From assembly GCF_009914755.1 (NCBI RefSeq), contig NC_060934.1: DNA of 64,000 nt. One strand, 5' to 3'. Positions 30,779-46,023 of this stretch are shown piece by piece. The DNA comes from the human T2T-CHM13v2.0 reference genome, Homo sapiens. Numbering within the stretch: the stretch's first letter is position 1; every line of letters starts with the position of its first letter. Under the pieces are notes generated by a model. That model had not been told where the DNA came from and ran no database searches. It saw only the letters and a list, made by a program, of their open reading frames with translations. The translations under genes and the position numbers were made by a program.

Positions 30779-31650
30779 TTGTTTGAGCCATTAGGATGTA
30801 ATAATTTTAAAATATATAACAGTCCTTTCAAAAATAGCTATTTAAAAATTATTAGTATTTAATTTTTTCACCTAATTTTTCCAATTATTTATTGTGGTAA
30901 AACATGTATAACATAACATAATTTAGTACATTAACCATTTTTAAGTGTACAATTCAGTGGCATTAAGTGCATTCATATTGTTTGGTGACCATCACCACAG
31001 TTTATCCCACATACATTTTTCATCTTGCAAAGTCGAAATGCTATACCCATTAAACAATACTGTCTGTATGATTTCTATTATGCTAAGTGCCTTATATAAG
31101 TGGAATCATGCAGTATTTGTTTTTCTGTGGCTGACTTGTTTTGCTTAGCATAATGTTTCCAAGTTTCATCCATGTCATAGCACATGTCAGAATTTTCTAC
31201 TTTTTTAAGGTTGAATAATGTTCCATTGTATGTGTAGATCACATTTTGTTTATTTATTCATCTGCTGATGAATGCGTGGGTTCTTCCACATTTTAGTTAT
31301 TGCGATTAATGCTTCTATGAACATGTCTGTGGAAATATATCTTCGAGATCCCACTTTAAACTCTTTTGGGTATATACTCAGTAGGAAAATTGCTGGATCA
31401 CACAGTAATTCTATTTTTAATTTCTTGAGGAACCACCATAGTGTTTTCCACAGTGACTGTACCATTTTCACTCCCATCAGCATTGCACAAGGGTTCTAAT
31501 TTCTCTACAACCCCACTAACACCGGTCATTTTTTATATTTTGTTCTTAATTAAAAAAAATTATAGCAGCCATCCTTATGGGTGTGAGGGGGTGTCTCATT
31601 GTGGTTTTGACTTACATTTCTCTAATGATTAACAATGTTAAGCATCTTTT

Positions 31651-31960
31651 CTTTTCTTATTATTTTATTTATTTTTTTGAGATGGAGTCTCACTCTGTCG
31701 CCCAGGCTGGAGTGCAGTGGCGTGATCTCAGTTCACTGCAACCTCTGCCTCCCGGGTTCCCATGATTCTCTTGCCTCAGCCTCCTGAGTAGCAGGGATTA
31801 CAGGTGCATGCCACCACACCTGGCTAATTTTTCTATTTTTAGTAGAGATGGGTTTTCACCATGTTGGCCAGGCTGGTCTTGAACTCCTGACCTCAGGTAA
31901 TGCACCTTCCTCGGCTTCCCAAAGTGCTGGGATTACAGGCATGAGCCACCACACCCAGCC
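31651..31960 (-). mobile_element. AluS (Sx-like)
   Basis: TSD taagcatctttt at 31639-31650 and 31961-31972. Confidence 0.95.
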
Positions 31961-32695
31961 TAAGCATCTTTTCATATACTTATTAGCCATTTCTTATTTG
32001 GAAAAATGTCTATTCAAGTCCTTTGCCCATTTTTGAATTAGATTGTTGACTTTTTGTTATTGCGTTTCAGAAGTCTTCTATATAGCTTGGATATTAATCC
32101 CTTAAATAGACGTATGATTTGCAAATATTTTCTTTCATTCTGTGGGTTGTCTTTTTACTCCTTTAATAGTGCCTTTTGATGCACAAAATTTTTAAATTTT
32201 GATGGAATCCAATTTGTCTATTTCTTTTTGTGGCCTGTCCCTTTGGTGTTATCATATATAAGAAATTACTGCCAAGTAAATATTGGGAAGCTTTTGCCTC
32301 ATGTTTTCTTCGAAGAGTTTTACAGTTATAGCTATTACATTTAGGTCTTTGATTCATTTTAAGTTAATTTTTGTACATAGTGTTAGATAAGGGTCCAATT
32401 TCATTCTTTTGCATGTGAATATCAAAATTTCCCAGCACCATTTGTTTTAAAAAAATTATCTTTTCCCCAGTGAATAGTCTTGGCACTCTTATTGGAAATC
32501 ATTTGACCATATATGCAAGGGTTTATTTCTGGACTCTGTTGTATTCCATTGGTCTGTATGTCGATGCCAGCACCACACTGTTTCAATTTACTGTAGCTTC
32601 ATAGCCAGTTTTGAAATCAGCAAGTGTGAGTCTTCCAGCTTTGTTATTTTTTAGAATTGTTTCAGCTAATTGGGACTGCTTGCAATTCTACATGA

Positions 32696-33142
<447 letters not shown>

Positions 33143-33874
33143 TAGATTGCTTTGGGTAGTATTGACGTCTTAATAGGTTTTTCAACCCATGAACATGGGA
33201 AATCTTTCCACTTATTTATTTCTTCTTTAGTTTGTTTCAGAACTGTTTTATAGTTTCTATTGTTTGTTTTTTACCTCCTTGGTTATGTTAATTCCTAAGT
33301 ATTTTATTCTTTTTGATGCTATTGTAATGGAGTTGTTTTCTTATTTCCTTTACAGATTGTTAATTTTTAGTATATAAAAATGCAAGTGTTTTTTGTGACT
33401 TTGTATGCTGCTACTTGGTTGAATTCATTTCTTAGTTCTAACATTTTTTGGTGAAATAATTAGGGTTTTTTACATATAAGAACATGCCATATGTGAACAG
33501 AGATAATTTTGCTTCTTCCTTTCCAATTTGGATACCTTTGATTTCTTTTTCTTGCCTATCGGCTCTGGCTAGGACTTCCAGTACTGTGTTGAATAGAAGT
33601 GGAAAAGTGGGCATCCTTGCCTTGTTCCTGATCTTAGAGGAAAAGCTTGCAGCCTTTCACCATTGAGTATGATGATTACTGCAGGTTTTTCATATATGGC
33701 TCTTTTACGATGAGGTACATTAGTATTTAATTTTGAGTGTTACAGTTTCTCTGAATGTCTGATTTCAGGGTAAGTAGCTTTATTCTGTAGAAGGCAAAAA
33801 TAAGAACAACAGTAACACTCTTAATAATTAGATAATGGTGTAGTGAGATAAGAACGATGTCTGACAGACTTTGG

Positions 33875-34010
33875 GCTGATTCATAACACTTCTGTTTTCT
33901 GACTATCAGACTTTGAACAAAGTGCTTAACTTCTGTGAGCCTCCAGTCCCCATGTGTGGAATTGCCCTCCAAAAGTTGTACCTATGCATGCTTTTGAAGT
34001 TTCAGTTTGT
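33875..34010 (+). mobile_element. MIR fragment
   Basis: gactttgaacaaagtgcttaacttctgtgagcctccagtcccc. Confidence 0.6.
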
Positions 34011-34802
34011 TTCTATATCCACACCTACATCATGAGTATGAAGAGTGCATTATTTTCCCCTGTTACTTATAGTAAAGGGAGGAAGAATAATTTCCTTTGA
34101 CTTGACACCATATCCCCAATTAGTTCATTTTTTCTATTTACCTAATGTCGTATATATACCATAGGTAGAGGATTAGCTAATTTTATTTTATTTTTGGATT
34201 TTCCTCCCTTCTTGGGTTTAGGGAAGTTTTAACTCAGTGCCTAGACCCTCACACATAGTTGGCACATGCAGGTTGGTGGGCATACACAAATCAAATCAAA
34301 AGTGTGAAGAGCTGAAAGTGCATTGCACTTGCTAGCATGTACTTGCTAAGAGCTCTGTTTGCTCCTCATGGATCGGGCTCCCTTTCACACTAGGCATATG
34401 AAGGGTGTGAGGATGAGAGTGCTGGCTGGGATGACTGCTACAGTGCATGCATGCAGCAGATAGAAGTTCCTATTTTCACCTCAATGCTTATTGAATCAGG
34501 CTTTTCCCTCAGGCTTTCACACTATCTTAACGGGACTAATAGTTGAGTTAGTTAAGTTTGTGACAGCCTAAGGCTGCATCAGTGTGCATTGAGATAGAAA
34601 GTTTCAGGAATAAGCAAAGCAGGAGGGACTGGAGTGGACAATGTGCAGAAGTTGAATTCTAGCAGTCGCAGTAGCACATCTGTTTCAGTGTTCAAAGTGT
34701 TATTTTGCCAATGCTAAGAAGAATAGGAATAGGATAAAAAAATGGATAACAATATAGGGGAATGATTTTAAAAATGAATCAAAAGGTTAATAGTAAGAAC
34801 AA

Positions 34803-34942
34803 GTCAGGTGTGGTGGCTCATGCCTGTAATCTCAGCACTTTGGGAGGCCCAGGTGGGAAGATTGCTTGAGCTCAGGAGTTTGAGACCAGCCTGAGCAACA
34901 TAGCAAGACCCTGTCTCTGCAAAAAATTTTAAAAGATAAGAA
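34803..34942 (+). mobile_element. FLAM / Alu left monomer
   Basis: Single monomer; TSD aagaacaagt. Confidence 0.88.
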
Positions 34943-35111
34943 AAGAACAAGTATCAGCATACGTTTATGTTGAGATGGTTTACCAGTCAGTGAAAAAAAG
35001 AAAAGTTCAGACAGTTTAACAAGTATCCACTTTCCAGGAAGATCTAGTCCCAAATTCAGTCATTAACTCTTAAATGGTGATGTTTTAGAAATGTAAATGT
35101 AATTGGACAAT

Positions 35112-35410
35112 AGCTGGGCATGGCAGTGCAGGCCTGTAGTTCCAGCTACAGGGAGGATGAGGTGGGAGGATCACTTGAGGCCAGGAGTTTGAGATTAGGC
35201 TGGGCAACATCGTGAGATCTCATCTCTACAAAAAAAAATTAAAATGAAAACTAAAAAAATTAGCTGGGCATTATAGGGCACACCTGTAGTCCCAGTTACT
35301 CAGGAGGCTGAGGTGGGAAGATCATTTGAGCCCAGGAGTTCAAGTCCAACCTAGGCAACCTAGTGTGGCTGACCTTCATCTCTTAAAAAACAAACAAACA
35401 AAAAACAACC
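35112..35410 (+). mobile_element. Tandem FLAM-like monomer dimer; its tail is split by L1PA8
   Basis: Two monomers, both lacking the right-arm insert (gctgcagtgagc...ccactgcactcc). Confidence 0.8.
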
Positions 35411-37862
35411 CTGATCTGTTATTTCTTGTCTTCTGCTAGCTTTTGGATTAGTTTGCCATTGCCTCTCTAGCTCTTTTAAGTGTGATGTTAGGGTGTTGAT
35501 TTGAGATCTTTCTAGCTTTCTGATGTGAGCATTTAGTGCTATAAATTTCCCTCTTAACAGTGCTTTAGCTGTGTCCCAGAGATTCTGGTACATTGTCTCT
35601 TTTTTCTCCTTGGTTTCAAAGAACTTCTTGATTTCTGCCTTAATTTCATTATTACGGGAGTCATTCAGGAGCAAGTTGTTCAATTTCCATGTAATTGTAT
35701 GGTTTTGAGTGAGTTTCTTAATCCTGAGTTCTAATTTGATTGCACTGTGATCTTAGAGAGGCTGTTTGTTATGATTTCACTTCTTTTGCATTTGCTGAGG
35801 AGTGTTTTACTTCCCACTATATGGTCGATTTTAGAATAATTGCCACGTGGCACTGAAAAGAATGTATATTCTTTTGATTTGGGGTACAGAGTTCTGCAGA
35901 CATCTACTAGGTCCACTTGGTCCAGAGCTGAGTTCAAGTCCTGAATATCCTTGTTAATTAGCTGGTGTTTTTTTTTGTTAAATTAACAAAATAGATACAT
36001 TCCTAGCTAGACTAATAAAGAAGAGAAGAATCAAATAGACACAACAAAAAATGATAAAGAGGATATCAGCACTGACCCCACAGAAATACAAACTACCATC
36101 AGATGATACTATTAACACCTCTATACAAATAAACTAGAACATCTAGAAGAAATGGATAAATTCCTGGACACATACACACTCCCAAGACTAAACCAGGAAG
36201 AAGTCAAATTCCTGAGTAGACCAATAACAAGTTCTGAAATTGAGGTAGTAATTAATAGCCTACCAACAACAACAACAATAACAACAAAAAGCCCAGGACC
36301 AGATGGATTCATAGCTGAATTCTACCAGAAATACAAAGGGGAGCTGATACCATTCCTTCTGAAATGATTCCAAACAATTGAAAAGAAGGGACTCCTCCCT
36401 AATTCATTTTATGAAGCCAACATCATCCTGATACCAAAACCTGGAAGAGACACAACAAAAAAAAAAAAGAAAACAGGCCAATATCCCGGATGAACATCAA
36501 TGTGAAATCCTCATTAACGGGCAAACCAAATCCAGTAGCACATCAAGAAACTTATCTACCATGATCAAGTCTGCTTCATCCCTGGGTTGCAAAGCTGGTT
36601 CAACATACCCAAATCAATAAATGTAATCCATCACACAAACAGAACCAAAGACAAAAACCACATGATTATCTCAATAGATGCAGAAAAAGGCCTTTGATAA
36701 AATTCAACATCTCTTCATGTTAAAAACTCTCAACAAAATAGGTATAGATGGAATATATCTCAAAATAATAAGAACTATTTATGACAAACCCACAGCCAAT
36801 ATCATATTGAATGGGCAAAGGCTGGAAGCATTCCCCTTGAAAACTGGCACAAGACAAGAATACTCTCTCTCACCACTCCTATTCAACATACTATTGGAAT
36901 TTCTGGCCAGGGCAATCAGGCAAGAGAAAGAAATAAGGGCATTCAAATAGGAAGAGAGGAAGTCAAATTATCTCTGTTTGCAGATGACATGATTTTATCT
37001 TTAGAAAACCCCATCATCTCAGCCCAAAAACTCCTTAAACTGATAAGGAACTTCAACAATGTCTCAGGATATAAAATCAATGTGCAAACATCACAAGCAT
37101 TCCTATACACCAATAGAGAAGCAGAGAGCAAAATCATGAATGAACTCCCATTCACAATTGCTACAAAGGAATAAAATACCTAGGAATACAGCTAACAAGG
37201 CTGTGAAGGACCTATTCAAGGAGAACTACAAACCACTGCTCAAGGAAATAAGAGAGGACAGAAACAAATGGAAAAACACTCCATCCTCATGGATAGGAAG
37301 AATCAATATCATGAAAATGGCCATACTGCCCAAAGTAATTTATAGATTCAATGCTGTTTCCATCAAACTACCATTGGCATTCTTCACAGAATTAGAAAAA
37401 ACTATTTTAAATTTCATATGGAATCAAAGAAGATACTGTATAGACAAGACAATCCTAAGCAAAAAGAACAAAGCTAGAGGCATCACACTACCTGACTTCA
37501 AACTATACTACAAGGCTACAGTAACCAAAACAGCATGGTACTGGTACCAAGACAGGCATATAGACCAATGGATCAGAACAGAGACCCCAGAAATAACACC
37601 ACACATTTACAACCATCTGATCTTCGATAAACCCCACAAAAACAAGCATGGGGGAAGGTAAATGGTGCTGAGAAAACTAGCTAGCCATATGCAGAAAACT
37701 GAAACTGGTCCCCTTCCTTACACCTTATAGAAAAATTAACTGAAGATGGATTAAAGACTTAAATGTAAAACCCAGAACCATAAAAACCCTAGAAGAAAAT
37801 CTGGACAATACCATTCAGGACATAAGCATGGGCGAAGACTTCATGACAAGCCAAAAGGTTCA

Positions 37863-38057
37863 TAACAAACCTGCACAGTCTGCACATACACAAAGTCATA
37901 TAATATCAACATTCTGCTCTGTATTAGTCTGTTTCATGTTGCTGTAAAGGAATACCTGAGACTGGGGAATTGATAAATAAAAGAGATTTATTTGGCTTCC
38001 AAAAAAACCCACTAAAATAAGTAAAGTTTAAAAAATGTAGTTGGGAAAGTCATTTAA
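37863..38057 (+). repeat. Inserted copy of 39017-39218 inside the L1
   Basis: About 12 substitutions and 3 indels in ~195 bp; flanked by aagccaaaag at 37848-37857 and 38060-38069. Confidence 0.93.
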
Positions 38058-39072
38058 AAAAGCCAAAAGCAATTGCAACAAAAGCCAAAATAGACAAATG
38101 GGATCTAATTAAACTAAAGAGCTTCTGCACAGCAAAAGAAACTATCATCAAAGTGAACAGGCAACCTACAGAATGAGAGAAAATTTTTAGAATCTACCCA
38201 TCTGACAAAGGCCTAATATCCAGAATTTAAAAGGAATTTAAACATATTTACAAGAAAAAAAACAACCCCATCAAAAAGTGGGCAAAGGATATGAACAGAC
38301 ACTTCTCAAAAGAAGACGTTTCACAGCCAACTAACATATGAAAAAAAGCTGAACATCACTGCTCACCAAAGAAATGAAAATAAAAACCACAATGAGTTAC
38401 CATCTCATGCCAGTCGGAATGGTGATTATTAAAAAGTCAGGAAACAATAGATGTTGGCGAGGCTCTGGAGAAATAGGAACACTTTTACACTGTTGATGGG
38501 AGTGTAAATTAGTTCAACCATTGTGGAAAACAGTGTGGCAATTCCTCAAGGATTTAGAACCATTTGACCCAGCAATCCCATTACTGGATATGTACTCAAA
38601 GGACTATAAATCATTCTACTATAAAGACACATGCTGCATATGTTTACTACAGCACTATTTACAATAGCAAAAACATGGAACCAACCCAAATGCCCAGCAA
38701 TGATAGACTGGATAAAGAAAATATGGTACGTATACACTATGGAATACTATGCAGCCATAAAAAAGAATGAGATCATGTCCTTTGCAGGGACATGGATGAA
38801 GCTGGAAGCCATCATCCTCAGCAAACTAAAACAGGAATAGAAAACCAAACACCACATGTACTCACTCATAAGTGGGAGTTGAACAGTGAGAACACATGGG
38901 CACAGGGAGGGGAACATCACACACCAGGGCCTGTTGAGGGGTGGGGCCTGAGGGGTGGGAACTTGGAGGATGGGTCAATAGGTGCAGCAAACCACCATGG
39001 CACACATATACCTATGTAACAAACCTGCACGTTGTGCACACACACAAGTCACATAATATCAACATTCTCGTC

Positions 39073-39155
39073 TGTATTAGTCTGTTGTTTCATGTTGCTA
39101 TAAAGGAATACCTGAGACTGGGTAATTGATAAATAAAAGAGTTTTATTTGGCTTC
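39073..39155 (-). mobile_element. MST/THE1 LTR terminal fragment (in the transduced tail)
   Basis: tgtattagtc...tgctataaaggaatacctgagactgggtaatt. Confidence 0.8.
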
Positions 39156-39275
39156 TCCCCCAAAAAAACCCACTAAAATAAGTAAAGTTTTAAAAAGGTA
39201 GTTGGGAAAGTCATTTAAGTTACACTTTCCTGTTAATAAACTATAATATTATAATAGTTATGATAAACACCATAG

Positions 39276-39614
<339 letters not shown>

Positions 39615-39662
39615 CTTTTGTTCTCTTCTTTATCACCCCTTTGCCATCCCAAAAGTATGCAT

Positions 39663-40026
39663 TGACATGGTTTGGCTCTGTGTCCCCACCCAAATCTCAT
39701 CTTGAATTGTAATCCCTATATGTGGAGGGAGGGATATGCTGGGAAGTGATCGAATCATGGGGGTGGTTTCTGCCATGCTGTTCTCATGACCGTGAGTGAG
39801 TTCTCACAAGATCTGATGGCTTAAAAGTGTTTGGCAGATCCCCCGATCAGCGCTCTCCTGCTGTCATGTAATACATGCCTTGCTTCCCTTTTGCCTTCTG
39901 CCATGATTGTAGGTTTCCTGAGGCTTCCCCAGCCATGTAGAACTGTGAGTCTGTTCGATCTCTTTTCTTTACAAATTACCCAGTCTCAGAGAGTTCTTTA
40001 TAGCAGTGTGAAAGTGGACTAATACA
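39663..40026 (+). mobile_element. THE1 (THE1C/D-like) solo LTR
   Basis: tgacatggtttggctctgtgtccccaccc...ggactaataca; TSD tgcat/tccat. Confidence 0.92.
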
Positions 40027-40662
40027 TCCATTAAACATCAGAATAAAAAGCATTAACTTGCTATACTGCCTAATGTTTGCTACTTTCAAATTTCCAAGTC
40101 TTACCAGCGTTACTCAGTAATTTTAAATTTTTTGAATTATCACAGTAAGGCAGAACTTGAAGGTGATTTGCAGGCAAAACTGTGGCTAATACTAATAACA
40201 AGGTAGAGAGTTGCTGAATCTTTTAATTAGCAATGATTTTAATATTCTTCTTCTCTAGGAGGTTTGCCTCAGATGACAAGTTGAAACTCATGTGTTCTAA
40301 AAGAAACCTCAGTAGTTCCCCCAGGAGATTTTTATGGCTTCTAAGTCAAGTGTGATTTTGTGCCCTGCAGCTGTCACTAGTGGCATGGTAGAGTGGATAC
40401 AGCAAAAATTGATTTTTGTTTTTGTAATATTTAAAGAATAGCTTTTATTTATGGCAATGGTCTCAATGTCAAAACATACAGTTAATAGTGTCCTCAAGTT
40501 TGTCGTTATATGATTTCACTGTGGGCACCACTTAACAGCAAAGAACAATAATTTATTTTTCAGTCCTAATGTTAACTGAATGTTCATTTAACAAATATTT
40601 AGGTTTACAAATGTCATTTGACTCTGGAGCTGTTGGTATCACTATGTGCTCAAGTTAGTTGA

Positions 40663-41880
<1,218 letters not shown>

Positions 41881-43120
41881 AGTGCCTTTCTCCCCTCCAT
41901 GATTTCCTAATACAGAAGTGTATGCAGAAGGAAAAACTCAAGTAAGACATAAAGCCCTACTTTAGGAATAATCAAGTAAGCATCCTATACCCCCATGCAA
42001 ACCCAGAGCGTAGGGTGTAAGCTGAGAATCCAAGTAGGGCTTTCTCCTTTCCCCCTCAATTTGAAATGGCTGAATTTGGGCAGTACACGCTGGGTCTTCT
42101 ACTTCAAGAGACCAGAAGGAGGGGGCTGGCTGGTTGCCCTTAGGGCCAGGCCATGCCCAAGCATATCTGGAAGAGCAAGACCTGGGAGAAGTTACCTCCC
42201 AGTTAGAAAGTGGGTAGAGTCCCATTCTGTCTCCAGTGAATCCAATGAACAGTAATCCCACCCATTCTTAAAATGTAGCCCAATGAATGCTGCAAGAGCT
42301 GGCCAATACGATTTTCAACTTTTCCCTTGGGGAAGTAACAGTGAAGAGGTGGAACAGTGGGGCAGGAGCATGGTCTCTTTTATGGTCAGAGGAGGGATAG
42401 GAATGATGACAGTTGCATATTCACCCCCAATGCTGGACACAGTGACTTTGGAAACTCTCAAACAACTGGGAGGAAACATGAGCAGGGATTCTTGCTGTGG
42501 AGAGAAAAAACTATTTGAGAACCATCAGAATGTTGGTTGGAATGAGAGGGGGGATCCTGTCTGGCTTTGCTCATTATTGTGCCCCTGGCCCCTTGGCACA
42601 TTGCCAGGTACATATTAAATGCTCAATTAATATTTGTTAAATCCATCAGTGAAATTTCCTGTGCTACTCTTGTCTACTAAAAGATACCTAACTCTTAATT
42701 TTACCATTCAGGAACAAAGGTATATTCGTGAACTTTTCAATAAGGAAAGTATAAGTTGCCATTTTAAAGACATAGGGGAGAAAATGGGTTTGATGTTTTA
42801 ATGGAGCAATTGGGCTTCACTGAGCTCGGTATCACAAGAGATGAGGGGTTGAGAAAATACCTGGATTTGTCTCTTTACCATTTAGCACAGCCCAGAGATG
42901 GGTTCAAGGATTATTGACTTTCCCGCAGGCACTCGGGCTGAACTTGCCTCATGGGAATGCTTGGAGCTATGGATGATGTAGGTTTGTCTGGGTCTTCTGG
43001 AGCTGCCCAGATCCACAAGGAACAACCTCCCAGAACCAGGCCAGAGAGTGTAATAAGCATTGATTTCTATGCTCTGCTGTCCATGCTGCTAAGGACTGGG
43101 AGTCCTGCACTGAACAATGG

Positions 43121-43851
43121 TGTAACTGCCTAACAAGTTCACCTTGCCTGCTGCCTAGACAGAGACAATTTATTAAGACAGGGGAATTGCAATAGAGAAA
43201 GAGTAATCCATGCAGAGCTGGATGTGTGAGAGACCAGAGTTTTATTGTTACTCAAATCAATCTCTGTGAGCATTCTGGGATTAGCATTTTAAGGACAGTT
43301 TGATGGGTAGGGGGCTGCCAGTGAGTCACGAGTGCTGGTTGGTTGGGTGGAAGATGAAATCATAGAGAATTGAAACTGTCTTGAAATGAGGCAGTTCTTG
43401 GGTGGGGTCCATAGGATCAGATGAGCCAGTTTATCCATCTGAGTGGTGCCAGCTGATCCATTATGTGCAGGGTATGCAAAATATCTCAGGCACTGATCTT
43501 AGGCTTTACAGTAGTGATGTTATCCCCAGGAGCAATTGAGGGGAGGGGGGACAGTCAGAATCTTGTAGCCTCCGGCTTCATGACTCCTAAACCATAATTT
43601 CTAACCTTTTGGCTAATTTGTTAGTCCTATAAAGGCAGTCTGGACCCCAGGCAAGAAGCGGGTTTGTTTTGGGAAAGGGCTGTTATCATCTTTGTTCTAA
43701 ATTATAAACTATAAATTAAGTTCCTCCCCAAAGTTAGTTCAGCCGATGTCCAGGAATGAACAAAGACAGCTTAAAGATGAGAAACAAGATGGAGCTAGTT
43801 AGGTCAGATCTCTTTCACTGTCTCAGTTATAATTTTGCAGTGGCAGTTTAA
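43121..43851 (-). mobile_element. LTR8/LTR8A solo LTR (ERV1)
   Basis: Minus strand begins ...gcaaaattataactgagacagtgaaagagatctgacctaac; 4-bp TSD ATGG at 43117-43120 and 43852-43855. Confidence 0.88.
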
Positions 43852-45664
43852 ATGGAACTGTACACTCTCAACCTCACAGAATTTCAAGTCTAGTGAGGAC
43901 TTAGGGTAATGGAGACCAAATAGGTGAGACAGAAAATGTGTTTTATCAAAGGAGTAGGATTGATTGCTACTACATCATTCTTTCATTCCAACTTTCTCAC
44001 AGATTTTGCCTTAATGATCTGAGAGGTCAAGAGGCTCTATTCAGAACCCTAGACCACGTTTGGCTTTGACATAGGCAATCAGCCTTGGGGACTCAGTTCC
44101 CTTTTAACTCATAATTAATTATAGGCATTTACAAATTCAGGGACCAAAGTGGGTAATCAGACCTAATTAACTGGTAATCAACCAATGTTTCACTTTCTAT
44201 CCTTCTCCATGTACAATGGGACAAGTTCATAAAGATAGTTTTGATTCTAGGAAGACTAGAAGCCCTTTGGAGGCTGGGAGAACCATTCTAACATCATGTA
44301 TGAGGAAATTGATGTGTGGCTTCTAGTTTTTTAATCATGTTTGGGGAACACATGGCCATCTTTTTCACTGCTCCAAACTTTCCCCTACTTGGTGGTTACC
44401 ATGTCTTCTACACCAGACACTGTCCTAAAATGTGCAAGCCCCATTCCTCAGGTGGTTGCACATTGGATGAAACTTCATGCTTGCTATCTCTGTTGTTTAG
44501 GCTTTAGTGTACTTTCATTTAGTTCCATTACATGTTGTCTATGATTGCTTAAAATATTCCTTCAGGCTAAGCTCAATTTCTACCAGCTACTCACTGATAG
44601 GTAAAGTTCAATGAGTTCATTTGTGGTGGTGGAAGGGGAAAAGACAAGAGCTGGTGACACACAACTTCAAAACCAATTATCACAACGTTGCTACATTGGC
44701 CCCTGAGGATGGAGAAGACCCTGGAAGAGTGATTATATTGTAGCATCAGTCTAAAAAGTTAGTGTCCAGTGGTTTTTCTGAGAGAGTGATCATCATTTTC
44801 CTCTTATTCACCACTGAGTCGATGTAGGTTTTCTAGCATCTCTATGATGCACGGATCTTCCTAATTTCCCCCAAAGCAATGTAACACAGAAGTAACTTCT
44901 GTGCATGGATTGACCTTTGATCTCCAGTGGCTCTCCAGGCTTCACCTGTTTTTCCAATGTTATGGAACTCAATGAAATGGGGGAGTCTGATGAAATTAAG
45001 GATTATATTTATGGCTTGCAGTATTGGTGCTGTACATCCAAGGTACTGCTGTCCAAGTTTGAGGTACTCCCTTAATGTGACAACATAAATTAGCGTGTTA
45101 TCAACCCAACAACACTCTTTCTTTCTGTGATCAGCCCTTTTCTCCTTTCATCACCTTGATACAAGTCATCAAGATCTTGGAAGCTGTAAAGAAGTGTACT
45201 TTGTAAGAGCTGAAATATTATTGCAATGATGCCACCAAGAATGATTATGACATGGTTCATGTGCCACTGTTAGATCGACTTCAGGGATGGTTTCCAAAGA
45301 CATGGCTTTGCCTCCTACATAGTTCAGATTGAATAAAGCTCTCTTCTAATACAAATTACCCAATCTGTAGAGTCTCTGCAGTGAATATTAGAACCTACTT
45401 GTTTTTCTTCCTTACATAGGGAGCTTTTAAACCATTTCCTCTTATGACCATGCCTTTGAGCTAAAAGCCATAGGTTTGGATTTAGGAAAAGCCCACAAAA
45501 TTTTAATATTAGCACAAGTAAGATAGACTTGGGAAAATGTATGTTTTTGCTGCTCAAAACATTATTTTGCTCTCTCAAAACATTATTTCAATCCAAGCCA
45601 TTCATTTATGTATCAAGCATACTGGTAAGTCTTGATGCTATTTTGTGATGTTTATATTAGATAT

Positions 45665-46023
45665 AGTATCCCTGGCCACTGTACAACAGATAAACTTTTA
45701 AATGTTAAGGCACAATAGAATTTTATTGGTCAGGTACATAATGTGTTCTGATTAGTGGGCGGTGCCCCTCCAAGCAATGATTTGGAGATCCAGCTTTCTT
45801 TCATCTTGTGGCTTTTTTGATACAACACTTCCACCATTACCTCAGAAGGGGAAAGAACATGAGGGATTGCATGTGTTTAAGGGTCAGTCTTGGAAGTGGC
45901 ACATATCACTTTTGACTCAGCTAGAAATCAATCATATGCAAAGAAGCCAAGACCAAAGCCCAGTGGTGTGCCCAGGGGGACAAGGATACTGCTGTGGTCA
46001 ACAGCTAGCCCACCTCTGCTGCA
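45665..46023 (-). mobile_element. Old MaLR LTR (MLT1K/L-like)
   Basis: ggaagtggcacatatcactt; gtgtgcccagg...cagctagc. Confidence 0.55.

Larger units (their letters stand above)
35411..39161 (+). mobile_element. L1PA8-like ~3.7-kb insertion: inverted 5' segment 35411-35959 (-), sense 35960-39040, 3'-transduced tail to ~39161
   Basis: ORF2 fragments on both strands (35360-35683 -, 35731-35937 -, 36152-37661 +). L1PA8-type 3'UTR (aacttggaggatgggtcaataggtgcagc). Candidate TSD aaaaaa(c)aaccc at 35400-35411 and 39162-39171. Confidence 0.88.

Noticed and set aside
35360-39019. L1 ORF2 ORFs as a functional CDS (also 632-889, 2056-2763, 47345-48390)
   Set aside because: Fragmented by stops and frameshifts, 5'-truncated or inverted; no intact ORF1/ORF2.
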